DNA of 64,000 nt from positions 117,416-181,415 of the forward strand of contig CDMY01000149.1 of assembly GCA_001179505.1 (NCBI GenBank), in the 5' to 3' direction. Shown here one piece after another: positions 1 through 12,101 of this stretch (position 1 is the stretch's first letter; each line of letters begins with the position of its first letter). Origin of the DNA: Vitrella brassicaformis CCMP3155. Lineage: Eukaryota; Protista; Chromerida. The position numbers and the translations under genes are program-made. Below the pieces are notes generated by a model. It was not told the origin of the DNA, did no database searches, and saw only the letters and a list, made by a program, of their open reading frames with translations.

Positions 1-105
1 TGAGCGCGAAATCCGGAGGAAGCTTCGTTTTCGCAAAGATAGGAGAGCCGTAGCTCTGCGGATTCAGACAAGGAGGCAGCAGGTGACTGGGCGTGCGCGT
101 GAGTG

Positions 106-1305
106 ATGCCTTTCACCTTCGGGCATCACGTCGTGCACCACGTGCTTCAACGCAACGAGCACAACCGGCTGGGGCGGATGCTCTTCAGATACCTCTGCTT
201 TGCCGCCTCCAAGAAGCTCTGGTGCGAGCGGCAACTCAAATCGACCCTCTACCTCGCTTCACACCCACGGGTAAGGCAAGGCAAGGCCACACAACCAAGG
301 CAAGGCAGCCGGCGCCTTCTCGTCCCTCCCTCACTCACTCTCTGCCTGTCCTGACTGCCTGCGTTTCATTATATCAGCACCTTGGGCTGGCTCTCTTCTA
401 CTTCTTCCTTGGCGTCCCGATAACCGACGACACGCGGCAGCACCACCGCAGCAAGACCAGGGACGCAGAGGGGCAGTTCGGGGCTGACGACGGCTTCTCG
501 GCCCTCGCGGCGGGTCTGGCCGACGCCACTGCGGATGAGGGCAGGGAGCCATTCTCAGAGCCGAGTGACGACGAGAATGAGCTTGACGATGACGACTTCA
601 ACTTGTCCCTCACCGGCCCCACGTTTCCCCGGCCTCAGCTGGCGTTCGCACCGCAGCCCCCGCACCACCAGAACGGCACCGTGAGTACCATCTCCCCGGA
701 CCACACGGCCGCCCCAATGGCGAGTAGTGAGGCGCCCATGAGGGGGAGCAGCTCCCAGAGCGAACAGGACAAGATTTATTTCCTCGAGCAACAGGTGAGG
801 TGTACAGGGGAGGGGCACGATTGCGTATCATGCATAAATTGCCGTCCATCTTGCTTTGTATCTGTGTGTGTGTGTTGGCCAGGTCGCCCTGTTGACCAAG
901 ACCCTTGCCGAGATGCGAGCGACCCAGGCGATGAGCAGTCCACCCCCAGCCAGCGCCCCCTCCCAGCCCCCCTTTCCGGCAATGGACGTCGATCAGCCGG
1001 CGCAGGGCGATTCAGCCCACTACACCACCCCCACTCCCCTCAAGGGCAGCGCCGCTGATGTGCTGCCCCCGCCCCTCTTCGGCCGCCCCCCACCCTCGGA
1101 CACACACCAAGAAGACGGCTCTCCCATGGGAAGCCCCTCCGGCGGCGGCTCGCCAATCGTCATGCGGTCCAACCCCCCGAGAAACATCGGCATTGGCAGC
1201 CCTGCGACCAATGGTTTTCCTGCGGCGGCAGCAGCGTACAGTGGGAGTGTGCCGGTGGGGGGCAGGGCGGAGAGGGGTGACCCTATCGCGTGGCTGCAAC
1301 AGTGA
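106..1305 (+). CDS. Hypothetical protein (3 exons) with a short coiled coil and Pro-rich C-terminus
   Basis: ATG 106. Exons 106-270 (GTAAG donor), 378-794 (GTGAG donor) and 883-1305 join in frame: MPFTFGHH..HPR|HLGLALFYFF..KIYFLEQQ|VALLTKTLAEM..WLQQ*. No family recognised. Confidence 0.6.
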
Positions 1306-1967
1306 GGCAAGGGAGGGCGTGTGGGACGCGGACATGCGTGGGTGGCTGTGGCTGGGGGGATAGATAGTGACGGGCGGGCCGTGAGTGAACGAGATGTGTA
1401 TGGTATGGGATGACTGTGAGTGAATTCCCTACACGCCATTCACTCGTCTGCCAGCCCACCATCTGTCTCTTTTTCCGTGACTCACACGAGAGATGCGTTG
1501 GGGTTATCAGTGCAATGCATGGGTCCGTCCAGCTAGGATGCATGGGAGAGAGGAAGAAAGATATCCATCCGTGCGTAGTGTATTTTTGGCGCTTCAACAC
1601 ACGACGGACAGAGAGAGAAGGAGAGGGAGGAAGAGAGAGGGAGAATGCCATGCAGGCGGGAGCATGCATGCAGCGCCCTTTTTCCTGTCTGCATGCCGGC
1701 TGACCATTCCTACTCGCTGTGCACATCCGTCCCATTCTGTCTGCCGTGTTGTCTTTTGAATGGTGTGGTGATGTCAGCGCCCATGCCCTCTGTGTGGGCG
1801 AGGCGCGCCGACGTCATCCTGCCATTCACAATACTGACATGGTGGACGGAGGGAGGAGTGCCTGACCGACCGATCAACCGATTGATAACCCGACCACAAC
1901 TGACTGTTGTGTTTTTCCCCTGGTGCACATGACATCGCGCGCACATACACACACGGCATACACACAC

Positions 1968-2000
1968 GGCATACATACATACATACATACATACATACAT
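1968..2000 (+). repeat. (CATA)n microsatellite
   Basis: About 8 tandem copies. Confidence 0.9.
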
Positions 2001-2436
2001 AACATGCACACATAAGGTGAGTGGGTACGTCGGCCTACCGCAGCCGTCGCGGGATGGATGGGGTGCGTGGTGTCTGTGTGTCTGTGTGTCGATCAGTCAG
2101 TCAAGTGTTTGTACCTACCGTGCCAATGAGTGAGACAGACAGACACCTGAGATATTTCATCTCTCGATGCGTGCCGTGCTGTGCCTTGCCGTGTGCCGTC
2201 GGTGTACGTCGATGCCACACTGGCCATTTCTTTGCCCTGTGTCTGTTTGTCTGGTGTTGCAGACGAATTCGTTCTGCATCGATCAGTGTTTTTGACGTCT
2301 GCGTGTCGAGAACACGTGCACGCTTCGGTTGGCTTCAATAATCGTGCTCTGCGTCGCTCCCTCCTCCCCACAGCCTAGGGAGCTCTTGCGCGTCAAACAG
2401 ACATCTAGCTTGAGCTCAATCAGCCTTTCTGATTTG

Positions 2437-3825
2437 ATGTCGAATTATCCATTGGGACATTCTGGGAGCTTCGGCTACCGAGGAGGCCGCAAGCGTGGCG
2501 GCTATGGCCACCGAGGCGGCAAGGGAGGCTACTTCTCCCACCCGTTCCACCCATCCCACTCGCACGACGGCTTCCCCACTCACCACCAGCAGCACCACGA
2601 GCGGGACAAGTGGGAGGCCCTCGGCAGGGCGCGATTGGGCGATGATCAGCAGGGAGGACCGCAGGCCTCGGCCGCAGCCGAGGCATCGGATCTCCACTTG
2701 AACGGACGCGGCACGCAGACGGGACGCGCCGACCAACACGCCGGTCGGTCAGCCAGACAGCGCAGCCAGACAAACGGAACGGACGGCCTATGCCACCCAA
2801 ATCAGTCGATCTCTGCCTGTGTTGCATGTGGTGTGGTGTGGGATATGATTCATTCATGAATGACATGGTCCATCAGGTGAGGAGAGTGCGTCAGGACCGA
2901 CAGGCTCCTCTTCTCCCTGGGTGGTCCAGGCCACTGCCCCAGACCACACACAGACAGCTTCAGCGTCGGCGTCGCGTGCCGACCATGGCGACAGCGTGGG
3001 TGAGGGCGGCAGTGGGGTTGGTCCACCTGGATCAGGAGACGGGGAGGGAGGGGAGTGGCGCAGCAATGGCAAGGACGACAGATTCGATATGCGGGAGGGA
3101 CTAGAGTTCCTCAAAAACCGTAAGCATCGCATCCAGGGCCGTCTCGGGGGCTGCCTGGCCTGTGTCTGGTTCATCCATGCTTGTCTGTCTGTCTGTCTGT
3201 CTGTCTGTCATATCTGTGTGTGGTTATGTTCTGGGTCTTATGTCAGGTCACGATGAGGTGTTATCGCGCCTGGAGAAGCAGCAGAGAGAGGGCAGACCCA
3301 CAAAAGATGGTACCCTTGTGGGGGAGAGGGAGTGAGGGAGAGAGGGAGGGGACAATGCGCTCACGAGGCCCCCCATGGATGGGATGGGATGGGATGGGAT
3401 GGGATGATATGCGTTTACGTCATTTTTCTTTCGTCGCCTGTATGTATGCGTGTGTGTATGTATCAGAGGACGGCTATGTTCACCTGTGGAAGCCCCCGCC
3501 GCCCACGGCGCAGCAGCAGCAGCCCATGCGGCCTGCCCAGGACGACTTCCTCCTACAGCTACAACGAGCACTGCAGCGCGTCCAACAGCCCAAGTGAGTG
3601 CGACAAACAAAAACAAACAAACAAACAAACAACGGACAATCTCACCACACACACACCCGTGGCGTGTTGTCTGCAGGGAAGGGCACATTCCATCGTCCCC
3701 TACGTCCCTCCCCTCCCCCCCACCCCCCCACCCCATCAAGCGGGGCGACGTCATTCGGCCTTCCACAGAGGTGGCGGCGCAAGCGACCGGAGGGCCCGAA
3801 GCACCCGCGACTCCCCCACCCATGG

Positions 3826-3856
<31 letters not shown>

Positions 3857-5752
3857 ACAGCAGCAGCCCATGGTACTGCCGCAGGCGTCCATGCCCCACG
3901 GCGCTGCTCCGTTTCCGCTTCACAACCTCGACAAGGGCACATGGGCAGCCCCGCCACCCTCCTGCCCGCCACCTCCTTTCCCTCCCTCAACGCTCCCTCG
4001 GCCACCGCCGCCATCGACGACACTCGATGTGGCGCTGACAGACGTCCATGGCGGCCCAGGGCAGCAGAAGGGCCGGGGCAGTGGAGCCGCCGGCAAAACC
4101 AAGAAGAGGGGCTCCAAGGGCGGTGCGGCCGCTGGGCCGGTTGCCGCTGCTGGTGTTGGTGGCGCTGGTGCGGCTGAGGGGGAAGGGGACGGCGAGAAGC
4201 CTCCTGGGGCTGTCGCTGGAGGTGGTGCGGAGACGTCTGCACCTGCCCCACCGCCCCCTGTGGTGCAGGAGGAGCCTGTGGTGGCCAGCGCGCGTCATCA
4301 AGAGGAGCCGACTGAGCAGGAGCCCCAGCAGCCACCGGCCACGGAACAACAACACAAAGAAGAGCCGTCCGATGTGCCGACTGCGCCACCACCTGAGGCG
4401 ACTGCAAAAGGGGATGTGGCTCAGGAAGGTGAGGCCGACGTGGCGCCTCCCTCGAGCCCATTCTTACCTCTTGACGCCGCCAACATCGAGCCGCTTCCCG
4501 TCATCACCCCCGCCACAGCTGATGGGGCGCAGGCGGCTGACGAGGGTGACAAGGATGCGGTTGAGGAGAGGCCGCCATCCTATGTGGCTGACGAGGCCAC
4601 GGGCGGCGACAAGAATCAAGAAGTGACAGCGGGGGTGGATGTTGGTGGCGAGGGCAAGGAGAGCGGCGAGGCGGCGGCTAGTGCTGCAGAGGCAGAGAAG
4701 GAAGAGCCACAGGGTGGAGAGCAGACAGGTCAGTGGGCTGGGCTGGCGACAATATTACATACACTGCACTGCACTGCACAGACAGGCCATCCGAAGACCA
4801 TCGTTCAACCATGGTGCTGTGCTATTCTAATGTTCAGGTAAAGCACCAGCCATGCCGGAGAAGGCCACCACAGAGGTCACGGACGACACAGCCGCAGCGC
4901 CGTCCAGTGCGATCGAGCCCGTCGCATCTCCCCCGCCCCCACCCGCCGACGCAGACACATCCCCACCCAAGGCAGACGACGCCAAGAAGCCCTCCGTCTC
5001 TCCCTGCCCGTCGCCCCCGCCCCTCGCCGCCGATGACCGCAAGACATCAGAGGACCGTAAGCTGCAGTCCAGCAAGCGAGGCAGCGGTTCGCCCGACAGC
5101 CAGAAGCGCAAAGCCGGCCAGAGTGTGTGGCGCGAGAAGCCCAAGGGAGGCCCTCCTACCGGCAGGGAGGGCGCCCAGCAGCAGCAGCAGCTGACGAATG
5201 GCGTGTCGAGCGAGGCGCCCGTTGAGCGCGAGAGGGAGCGGGATCGTGAGAGACGTAGCAAGAAGAAGGACAGCGACGCGCAGGGGCAGCAGCAGCCGCC
5301 GCCGCATGAGGAGCGCAAGAGGGCGGAGGGGTCGGAGGGGAGGGACCAGCACATGACCACTGCTGGTGGCGGCGACGATGCACCACTGTCAGGGGAAATA
5401 ACCGATGAGCAGCAGGTCAGTGTCAGTCGGTGTGTGAAATCCACCCCGCCCCACCACAGAGAGAGCACCACATAAAGCACAACGCGTGTGCTCTGTCTGT
5501 GTTGTGCTGCAGAAGGCGTCGGCGCTTCGCATTGTGTCTGGTTTCAAGTCGATAGTAGCGCAGATGACCCCCACGGCCGAGTGCGCCCTGGCGGTGCCGG
5601 CATCCATGGCGGCCGAGGACCACACCGACACGACAGCTGACCAGGAGGCCAGCGGCGGCCAGGGGACGGACGGTGCTGCCAGTGGGCCCGGGGGCAGCAA
5701 CGGAGTGGTGGTCAAGGTCGTCACCGATGAGCAGACCAACACGGACGAGTGA
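2437..5752 (+). CDS. Low-complexity, probably disordered protein (RGG-rich N-terminus, polyQ, Pro/Glu-rich); about 7 exons
   Basis: ATG 2437 MSNYPLGHSGSFGYRGGRKRGGYGHRGGKGGY. Later exons show LEFLKNR|GTAAG, GHDEVLSRLEK, EDGYVHLWKPPP, a long exon ~3679-4729, an exon ~4838-5415, and a last exon ending TNTDE* at 5752. Exon set approximate. Confidence 0.6.
3826..3867 (+). repeat. (CAG/CAA)n coding polyQ tract
   Basis: CAGCAGCAG..CAACAG run encoding about 14 Gln. Confidence 0.9.
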
Positions 5753-7771
5753 AGGCATGCACACTCACACACACATACCAAGCTATACATACGTGTAGAT
5801 GGACGACTCAGATATCCATTGGTTGGGGTGTGTGAGTCAGGTGAGGTGAGATGGGCTGAGTTGGGACGGGGGTGGGAGGGGAGGGCGCCTGTGGGTCTGT
5901 CGGTGTGTGTGTGTATATAATAGGACGGATAGGGGATAGATAGAGGGAAAGGAGTGGGGCCAGGGAGGGAGGGAGGGAGGGAATGCGCCTGCGGGTGCCT
6001 GCATGGAAGCACCCTTTCCATCCGAGTAGTCAGTCAGTCAGTGCCCTGATTTGCGGCCCCAGTGTTGTGTCTAGTTTACATTCTCCGTTGCTGTGGGTCG
6101 ATGGGTGCTTGGCTGGGGGGATTGCCTGTCTGTCTGTCTTGTCTGTCTGTGTCTCTCGTGTGCATATGCGCCCGCCTGACTGACTGACTGATTGTTGTGG
6201 GAAGGAAGTGGCTGAGTGAGTGGACGGAGTATACAGAGCCAGACCGAGAGAGGGGGAGGGGTGAGGGGGGAAGAGAGATACGGTTGATTGCATTCATTGT
6301 AGCTGATAATGGTAAGAGTGACCACCAACATCCACACCTGGTACGCCTGCCTGCCTGCCTTTAGTCCATGTTGAAGAGTGAGTGTTCAAGAGAGAGATAG
6401 GGAGACGGACGAACGGAGGGAGGGAGGGACGCATGGCATGCGTGTGTGCGGAGCTACCTACGTACAGTCAAGAGACGTCACAAGTTTTGGCGCGGGGGAT
6501 GGTCAGTCAAAGTGAAGACTGACAACGGCACACAGGTTGATTTCACCCATGATCGATCCACCCATCCATCGTTCGTCGGCCACATCCACCATACACCGTC
6601 CCGTCCATCCATCCATCCGTCTGTCACTAGGCCACGAAGAAAGAGTAAGTACATCCGTCAGTCAGTGCCCGCTGCCGATTCAGAAATACAACCATAGCCT
6701 GCAGAAAGAGAGAAATAGCGGAGAGCCAATAGATGCATGTATGTATGTAGCCAGGTAGGTAGGAAGTATGCAACCGGACGCAATCAGAGCTTAAAATGAA
6801 AGGACAAGGAAGGAAAGTCACCCAATCGTACGGACAGGCAAGGACAACGTACGCTCGCTATGGAGTCATTCATGGATGCGATGCATGTGTGTGAATGGAT
6901 GTGTGTACGGTAGGTACGTGTGGTGAACACGTCTGTCTGTCTGTCTGTCTGTGCAATGCGACCGGCCACACTGCTCATGGCCCATCGATCGATCTAGGTA
7001 CGTAGCTGGGAAGAGAGAGGCACGACACACATATAAGAGCACTGCACGGCTACACAAGTGAGTCAGTGAGTGAGCAAGCAAGTACGTACTCAGGGAACCA
7101 ACCGGCACACGTCTCACTCTCTCCCTCTGTCCGTCGGTCTGTCTTTCCGTCTCTCTGTGCGCAAGTGTCTTGAGTGCGCCACATGGGCTGTGTGCACCCG
7201 CCGCCTTCGACGCTCACCAAGCAGCATTCAGTCATACCGCTGGATGGGCGTGGTAGGGGGCGAATATAAACAGGCCCACGTGGCACTCACAGAGGCGAGT
7301 ATCTACGTATGTGAGGATGAATTGGAGCATGCTGGCTACAACACGCCAGCCAACTGATCTATCTGATCGATCTGTATGTATGCATCGTTGGTACGTACCT
7401 ACGCCTGCGCCGTGAATCGTCAGGTCAGCTGCCGCCTCGTGCACGCGTGTTCGGAGACATCCTCAATCTGCGACAGACAACAATCACCGCCGACCTCTCA
7501 GCGCTGATCCTCGTCTCCGAGCACATGCAGAGGATGCATCCCCACACACACACACACGTCGCAGGCAGCACCACCGGCCCACCACAACCAGGGGTAATAC
7601 AATACAATCACATGACAGAAAACTAAGGCACAACACCACACAGACAGCAAGACACTCACTCACTCACTCGCACGTCCATCCATCCGGCATCGCATCCCTC
7701 TAGAAAAACATCCCATTCTCGCCCCATTCTCGCCCCTGTATCTTGCTTGTATCGTTCTCTCTTTTCCTCCC

Positions 7772-8900
7772 TCAGCAGCAGCAGCAGATCTTCTTCTTCG
7801 GTGCGGCCCTCTTGGCTGGCGGGGGCGGTGGGCCGCCCACCGAGTAGACCTCTGGCGGGTAACTGTAGTAGGTGCTCGTCGGCGGCAGCGACGGCACACC
7901 GAAAGGCATCGCATACGAATACGCCCTGCCACACACACACAAGACACACACACACACACATGGAGAGAAAGATGACATGGTGGATGGAAGCACCAACAAC
8001 TCGTCTCTCACCTACCCGGTGGTGGGAAATGCAGGTGCGTACGAGTGCGCCGCCCCACTCCCAGCACTGCCCGCCGCGGCCGCACTGGTGCCAGCAGCTC
8101 CGCCTGCCTCTCCCGCCTCCCCTCCGGCGCCCGTGGCTGAGGAGTCGCCGCCCGCCCCGCCGTGAGGCCCACCGGCGCCACTCGGTGGGTAAGCGTAGAG
8201 GGGTGGGGCTGCAAGGAAGGAGGGAAAGGAAGCACCAGAAGAGAGAGTGGCAGGGACGGGGGAACTGGGTTTGGCTGGGTCAACGAGATTAGGTAGATCA
8301 GAGTGAGTTAATAGGTAGAGAGAGAGATCAGTGGGTGGGTAGGTTGGTAGGTAAGGAGGGGGGGACAGACGGGGGGCAGGGGTGACATAAATGTGTCTGT
8401 GTGTGATGTGATGTGATGTGCCCGGCTGCCGGGGAAGGGCTCACTCGACTCACCTGGGCTAGAAGCCATCAGGTAGAACGCAGACGGGTCACCCATCGGA
8501 CCCATGACTGAATCGCCACACACACACACACAAGACGAAACACACAACACGAAACACACACAGAGACCGTGACGGGCACCGTCGTTGGTTGGTTGGCACT
8601 CCTCTGTTTCCTTACTGTGCTGCGGGTGGTTGGCCATACTCGCGGGTGCAGTCGTCGACACCACCGGGTCAACTGGCACACAATCATCACGACACAGATC
8701 CCAAAAACAGCATCAGCCACGCTGTTTGTTACGTTACAGCCTTTCCAGACCCAGGCTCCGTCTCTTGTCAGCTTACTTGTCGAGTATGACGCCCCGGGCC
8801 CGTAGGCGGGCGGCATGGTGCTCGTCACCATCGGGAAGGCGGGCATAGGCCCCAGATACCCCGGGGCAGTTGTCGGTCCGGCGGGGTACGCTGCAGACAT
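7772..8900 (-). CDS. Small Pro/Tyr/Gly-rich protein ending KKKICCCC* (probably lipid-anchored); 4 exons
   Basis: In-frame splice: MSAAYPAGP..PPAYGPGASYST|IMGPMGDPSAFYLMASSP|APPLYAYPPSGAGG..PAFPTTG|AYSYAMPFG..PPPPPAKRAAPKKKICCCC*. Donors GTAAG, GTGAG, GTAGG. Confidence 0.7.
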
Positions 8901-9021
8901 GGCAGAAGTCGGTGTTAGAAAAGATCTGAAAAGATCTTCAGTCCCAGCTGCTGAGAGGGTTGCAGGAGGGTGTTTGCAGTCGAAACGCAGCCGATTCAGG
9001 CGTTACCTCTTTTTTCCAATT

Positions 9022-9037
9022 GCGAGCTTCAGCTCGC
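9022..9037. promoter_or_regulatory. Candidate promoter element: inverted pair GCGAGCT-TC-AGCTCGC between divergent genes
   Basis: Read directly, between ATG 8900(-) and ATG 9134(+). Function is inferred. Confidence 0.4.
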
Positions 9038-9133
9038 ATCCGTGCAGCAGAAGAAACTTGGAAGATCCATCCTTCGTTGTGTGCCTTGTGATCAGCAGCA
9101 ATGGTGGATGAGTCAAAAGATGCAGTTCATGGC

Positions 9134-11852
9134 ATGAGATCTGTCACAGTGGTGCTCTCGGCTCTGGCAGCAGGGTGGGTTCATCATGCGATGTCCTTCG
9201 CCCAACCACGAGCACGTCCACATGCATCGACTCATCGTGGATTTCCGTTTCGTCGGCACTCTCGGGATCGGCCGTTGTCAGTCGTTGGTCTGAGCAGTGA
9301 GGAGAGGGAGAGCTGCGATGTCACAGAAGTGGATGGCTTTCCGCCGTGTGAGCCGACGGAAACGTTTGAAGAGAGCAAAACGGACACGACAATGAATGGA
9401 TGGATGAGGAGGTGTGGATGTGATTTGAATGTGTGCCTGCACTGCAGCTGATGAGTTCCTAAAGCAGTACTGGCAGAAACGGCCGCTGCTGGTCCGCCAG
9501 GCCTTCCCCGACTTCAAGTCGCTCCTGTCGCCGGAGGAACTGGCAGGTAATTGCTGGGGACACATGGACACACAGATGGATGCACACATCCTTCTCTCTC
9601 ACATTATTTGATGGTGTGTGTGCAGGGCTAGCAATGGACGAAGAGGTGGAGAGCCGTGTGGTGTCGCATGAGACGGCGGCCGACGGTACCCGACGGTGGA
9701 CCAAACGAAACGGCCCCTTCCACGAAGCCTTCTTCACCCAAGAGTTTGCTAACTGTAACACCACTCTGCTCGTGCAAGAGTGCAACCGACACATTCCACC
9801 GGTCAGACACAGACAGTCTGGGCTGAAGGAACAGTCATCCATCACACGCCACGCCACGCCTGTTGCCTCGTGTGTGTAGAACTGCAGTTGAGTTCGTTCC
9901 TTGACTTCTTCCGGTTCATCCCGTCTTGGCGGATCGATGATCTGATGATCAGCTATGCTCCGAAAGGCGGCGGCGTCGGGCCACACGTCGACTCATATGA
10001 CGTCTTTCTGCTGCAGGTAGGTACCTTAAGAGAGAAGGGGAAGGGGAAGGAGAGTCCACCACTTAATCAATCTTGCTTCTGTGTCTTTGTGTACGTACGT
10101 CCGTACAGGGTGCTGGTCGCCGGCAGTGGAGCATCGAGAGCGGCAAGCTGTCACTGAGGAATGAGGAGGACCGCCTGGTGCCCGACAGCCCCGTCAGGTG
10201 AGGGAAACAAGGTCAGTGCGGGCACTGGCTCACTTAGTCATGGTCGGTCCTCAGAGTGGTTGAGGGCTTCACGCCAAGCCACAGCTGGACTCTTGCACCA
10301 GGCGACATGCTCTACCTCCCACCAAGGTAAGGAGCCAGCGATTTGATACACGGCCGGGGCAATCCGGTCATTCACTGACTTGTGTGTCGTCAATTGCTTA
10401 AGAGTGGTGCACGACGGCGTCTCGCTGGACGATGAGTGTATGACGTACTCGATCGGTTTCAGGTATGCGCCCATCTAGATAACGTGTGTTGGAGTGCGGT
10501 GCCAATCACGGCTGCGTGCGTCTTTGTGTGTGTGGACACTCAGGGCCCCCCGTCGGCAGGAGATCGCCATGGCCTACATCGACAGGATGGCTGATTACAT
10601 CGAGGACGAAAGGCGGAGCCTTAACGATGACTTCTTCACAGACGACCACAGATCGTCGTGAGTGAGAAACCGGGGTCGCTTTATATATCGCTTTATTTGC
10701 CTAATCGGTCATCCTTCCACTACCCCTCTCTGCGTGTATGTGTGTGCAGAGCGCAGCGCGACTATGGCGAGATCGATAGTCACGACGAACGTGTGTTCCG
10801 CGACATGCTCAGGTGCGCAAGTGACGATGCTTCCCAATACTCATTCCTCTCTCTTTTTTCGCTCACAGTACACGCATCGCATGCACGTGAATGCATGTAT
10901 CATGTGTGAATCTGTGCGTGTATGCAGGCATGAGCTGGCTGTGGCGATGGACGAGTGCGGGGATGAGCGGCAGCTTGTGTTCATGGGCGAGCACATCACC
11001 GCCCCTATGCGTTTCCATCCATCCCTCCCAATGGACATCTACGGGATGGATCAGCGCCACGCCGACGCACTCTTGCACGAGATACTTCTGCACGATGACA
11101 ACAACAACAACATCAACGCCGGGCTAGAAAAGGACCTTATAGTGGATGGGACCATCAGGGTATCCCCCGCCCTGGCAGCATACGCGCCGCTCTCTGACGA
11201 TGTGCCCGATCAGCAAAGAGTGCTCAAGTGGGCCGAGGGCGTCAATTTTGCTCATGCCCTCGGCAGCTGTCCACAAAGTGTTGCTTACCTGTTTGCGTAC
11301 GGCAAGTCGTTCAAGCTACCCTTTGGTGCTGGGGGCGATGTGTTCCTCCCTGTGCTGACCAGCGGGCGGACCGTGGCCTTCAGCCAACTAAGGAGGGCTC
11401 TTCCTCCTGGGGCAAGCAATCCCGACGACAAGTGTCAGTGTCGGCAGCTGCTGAGACAGCTACTGATGGAGGGATACATCTATGACCCACACATGGTGCT
11501 CGAGCCATCCATAGAGGAGGAAGAGGAGCGAAATGGCAGCCACGAAATAGACTTGGACACGGAACTGCCAGCAAGAAGACCTCGTAAGCAAGCATTAATG
11601 CAATGTCACCGATTTATGACTGCTCGTCTGTCTGTCTGTCTGTCTGTCTGTCAGAGTCGTGACATGTGGAAGTCGTCCGTCGAGCAGGAGCGTCTGCGTG
11701 CCGACAAGCTCCACTCACGACAAGCTAAAGCACGGCAGCCATTTATGGTGGAGAGACATGGCATCCACCAAGAGAGGGCAGCGATGAAAGAACCAAGAGG
11801 TTTTCCTCACTGTGGGGGGGACCTGGGCAAGGCGGGCGGGGACAAGGTGTGA
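9134..11852 (+). CDS. roxA: JmjC/cupin-4 2OG-Fe(II) oxygenase of the RoxA/YcfD (uL16 Arg hydroxylase) type, with a bipartite plastid-like presequence
   Basis: Motifs EFLKQYWQKRPLLVRQAF, FRFIPSWRIDDLMISYAPKGGGVGPHVDSYDVFLLQ (HxD) and LAPGDMLYLPPR|VVHDGVS..MTYSIGFR (distal His). N-terminus MRSVTVVLSALAAGWVHHAMSF-AQP. Alternative ATG at 9101; extreme 3' end less certain. Confidence 0.85.
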
Positions 11853-12047
11853 TGCTTTGAGCATTGGGACGTCCGTGACTGTGGCCGCTCTGTGTTTCTT
11901 TGCGCACTGCACATCCTAGCTGTTTCCTGGCTGTATCATAGTTGAGGAGGTCTGCATGGATGCGGCGGTGAGAAATGTGTGTGCTGGTATAAAGCAAATG
12001 CATCATTCACCACACACACACATACACCGTGGTCCACTCGGCCTGAC

Positions 12048-12054
12048 GCGAGCT
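12048..12054 (-). promoter_or_regulatory. AGCTCGC candidate element (reverse strand)
   Basis: GCGAGCT about 50 nt upstream of the PP2C ATG. Confidence 0.3.
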
Positions 12055-12101
12055 CAAAAATTGTAAACGCAGTCTAAGGGAGTCGTTCGGTCAATTGATA
12101 G

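Noticed and set aside
106-1305. MTFR1-like mitochondrial fission regulator
   Set aside because: Only a generic short coiled coil followed by Pro-rich sequence; not specific enough.
10390-10400. Non-canonical intron in the RoxA gene
   Set aside because: The acceptor is AAG, an uncommon but standard AG site, and it gives the expected VVHDG frame.
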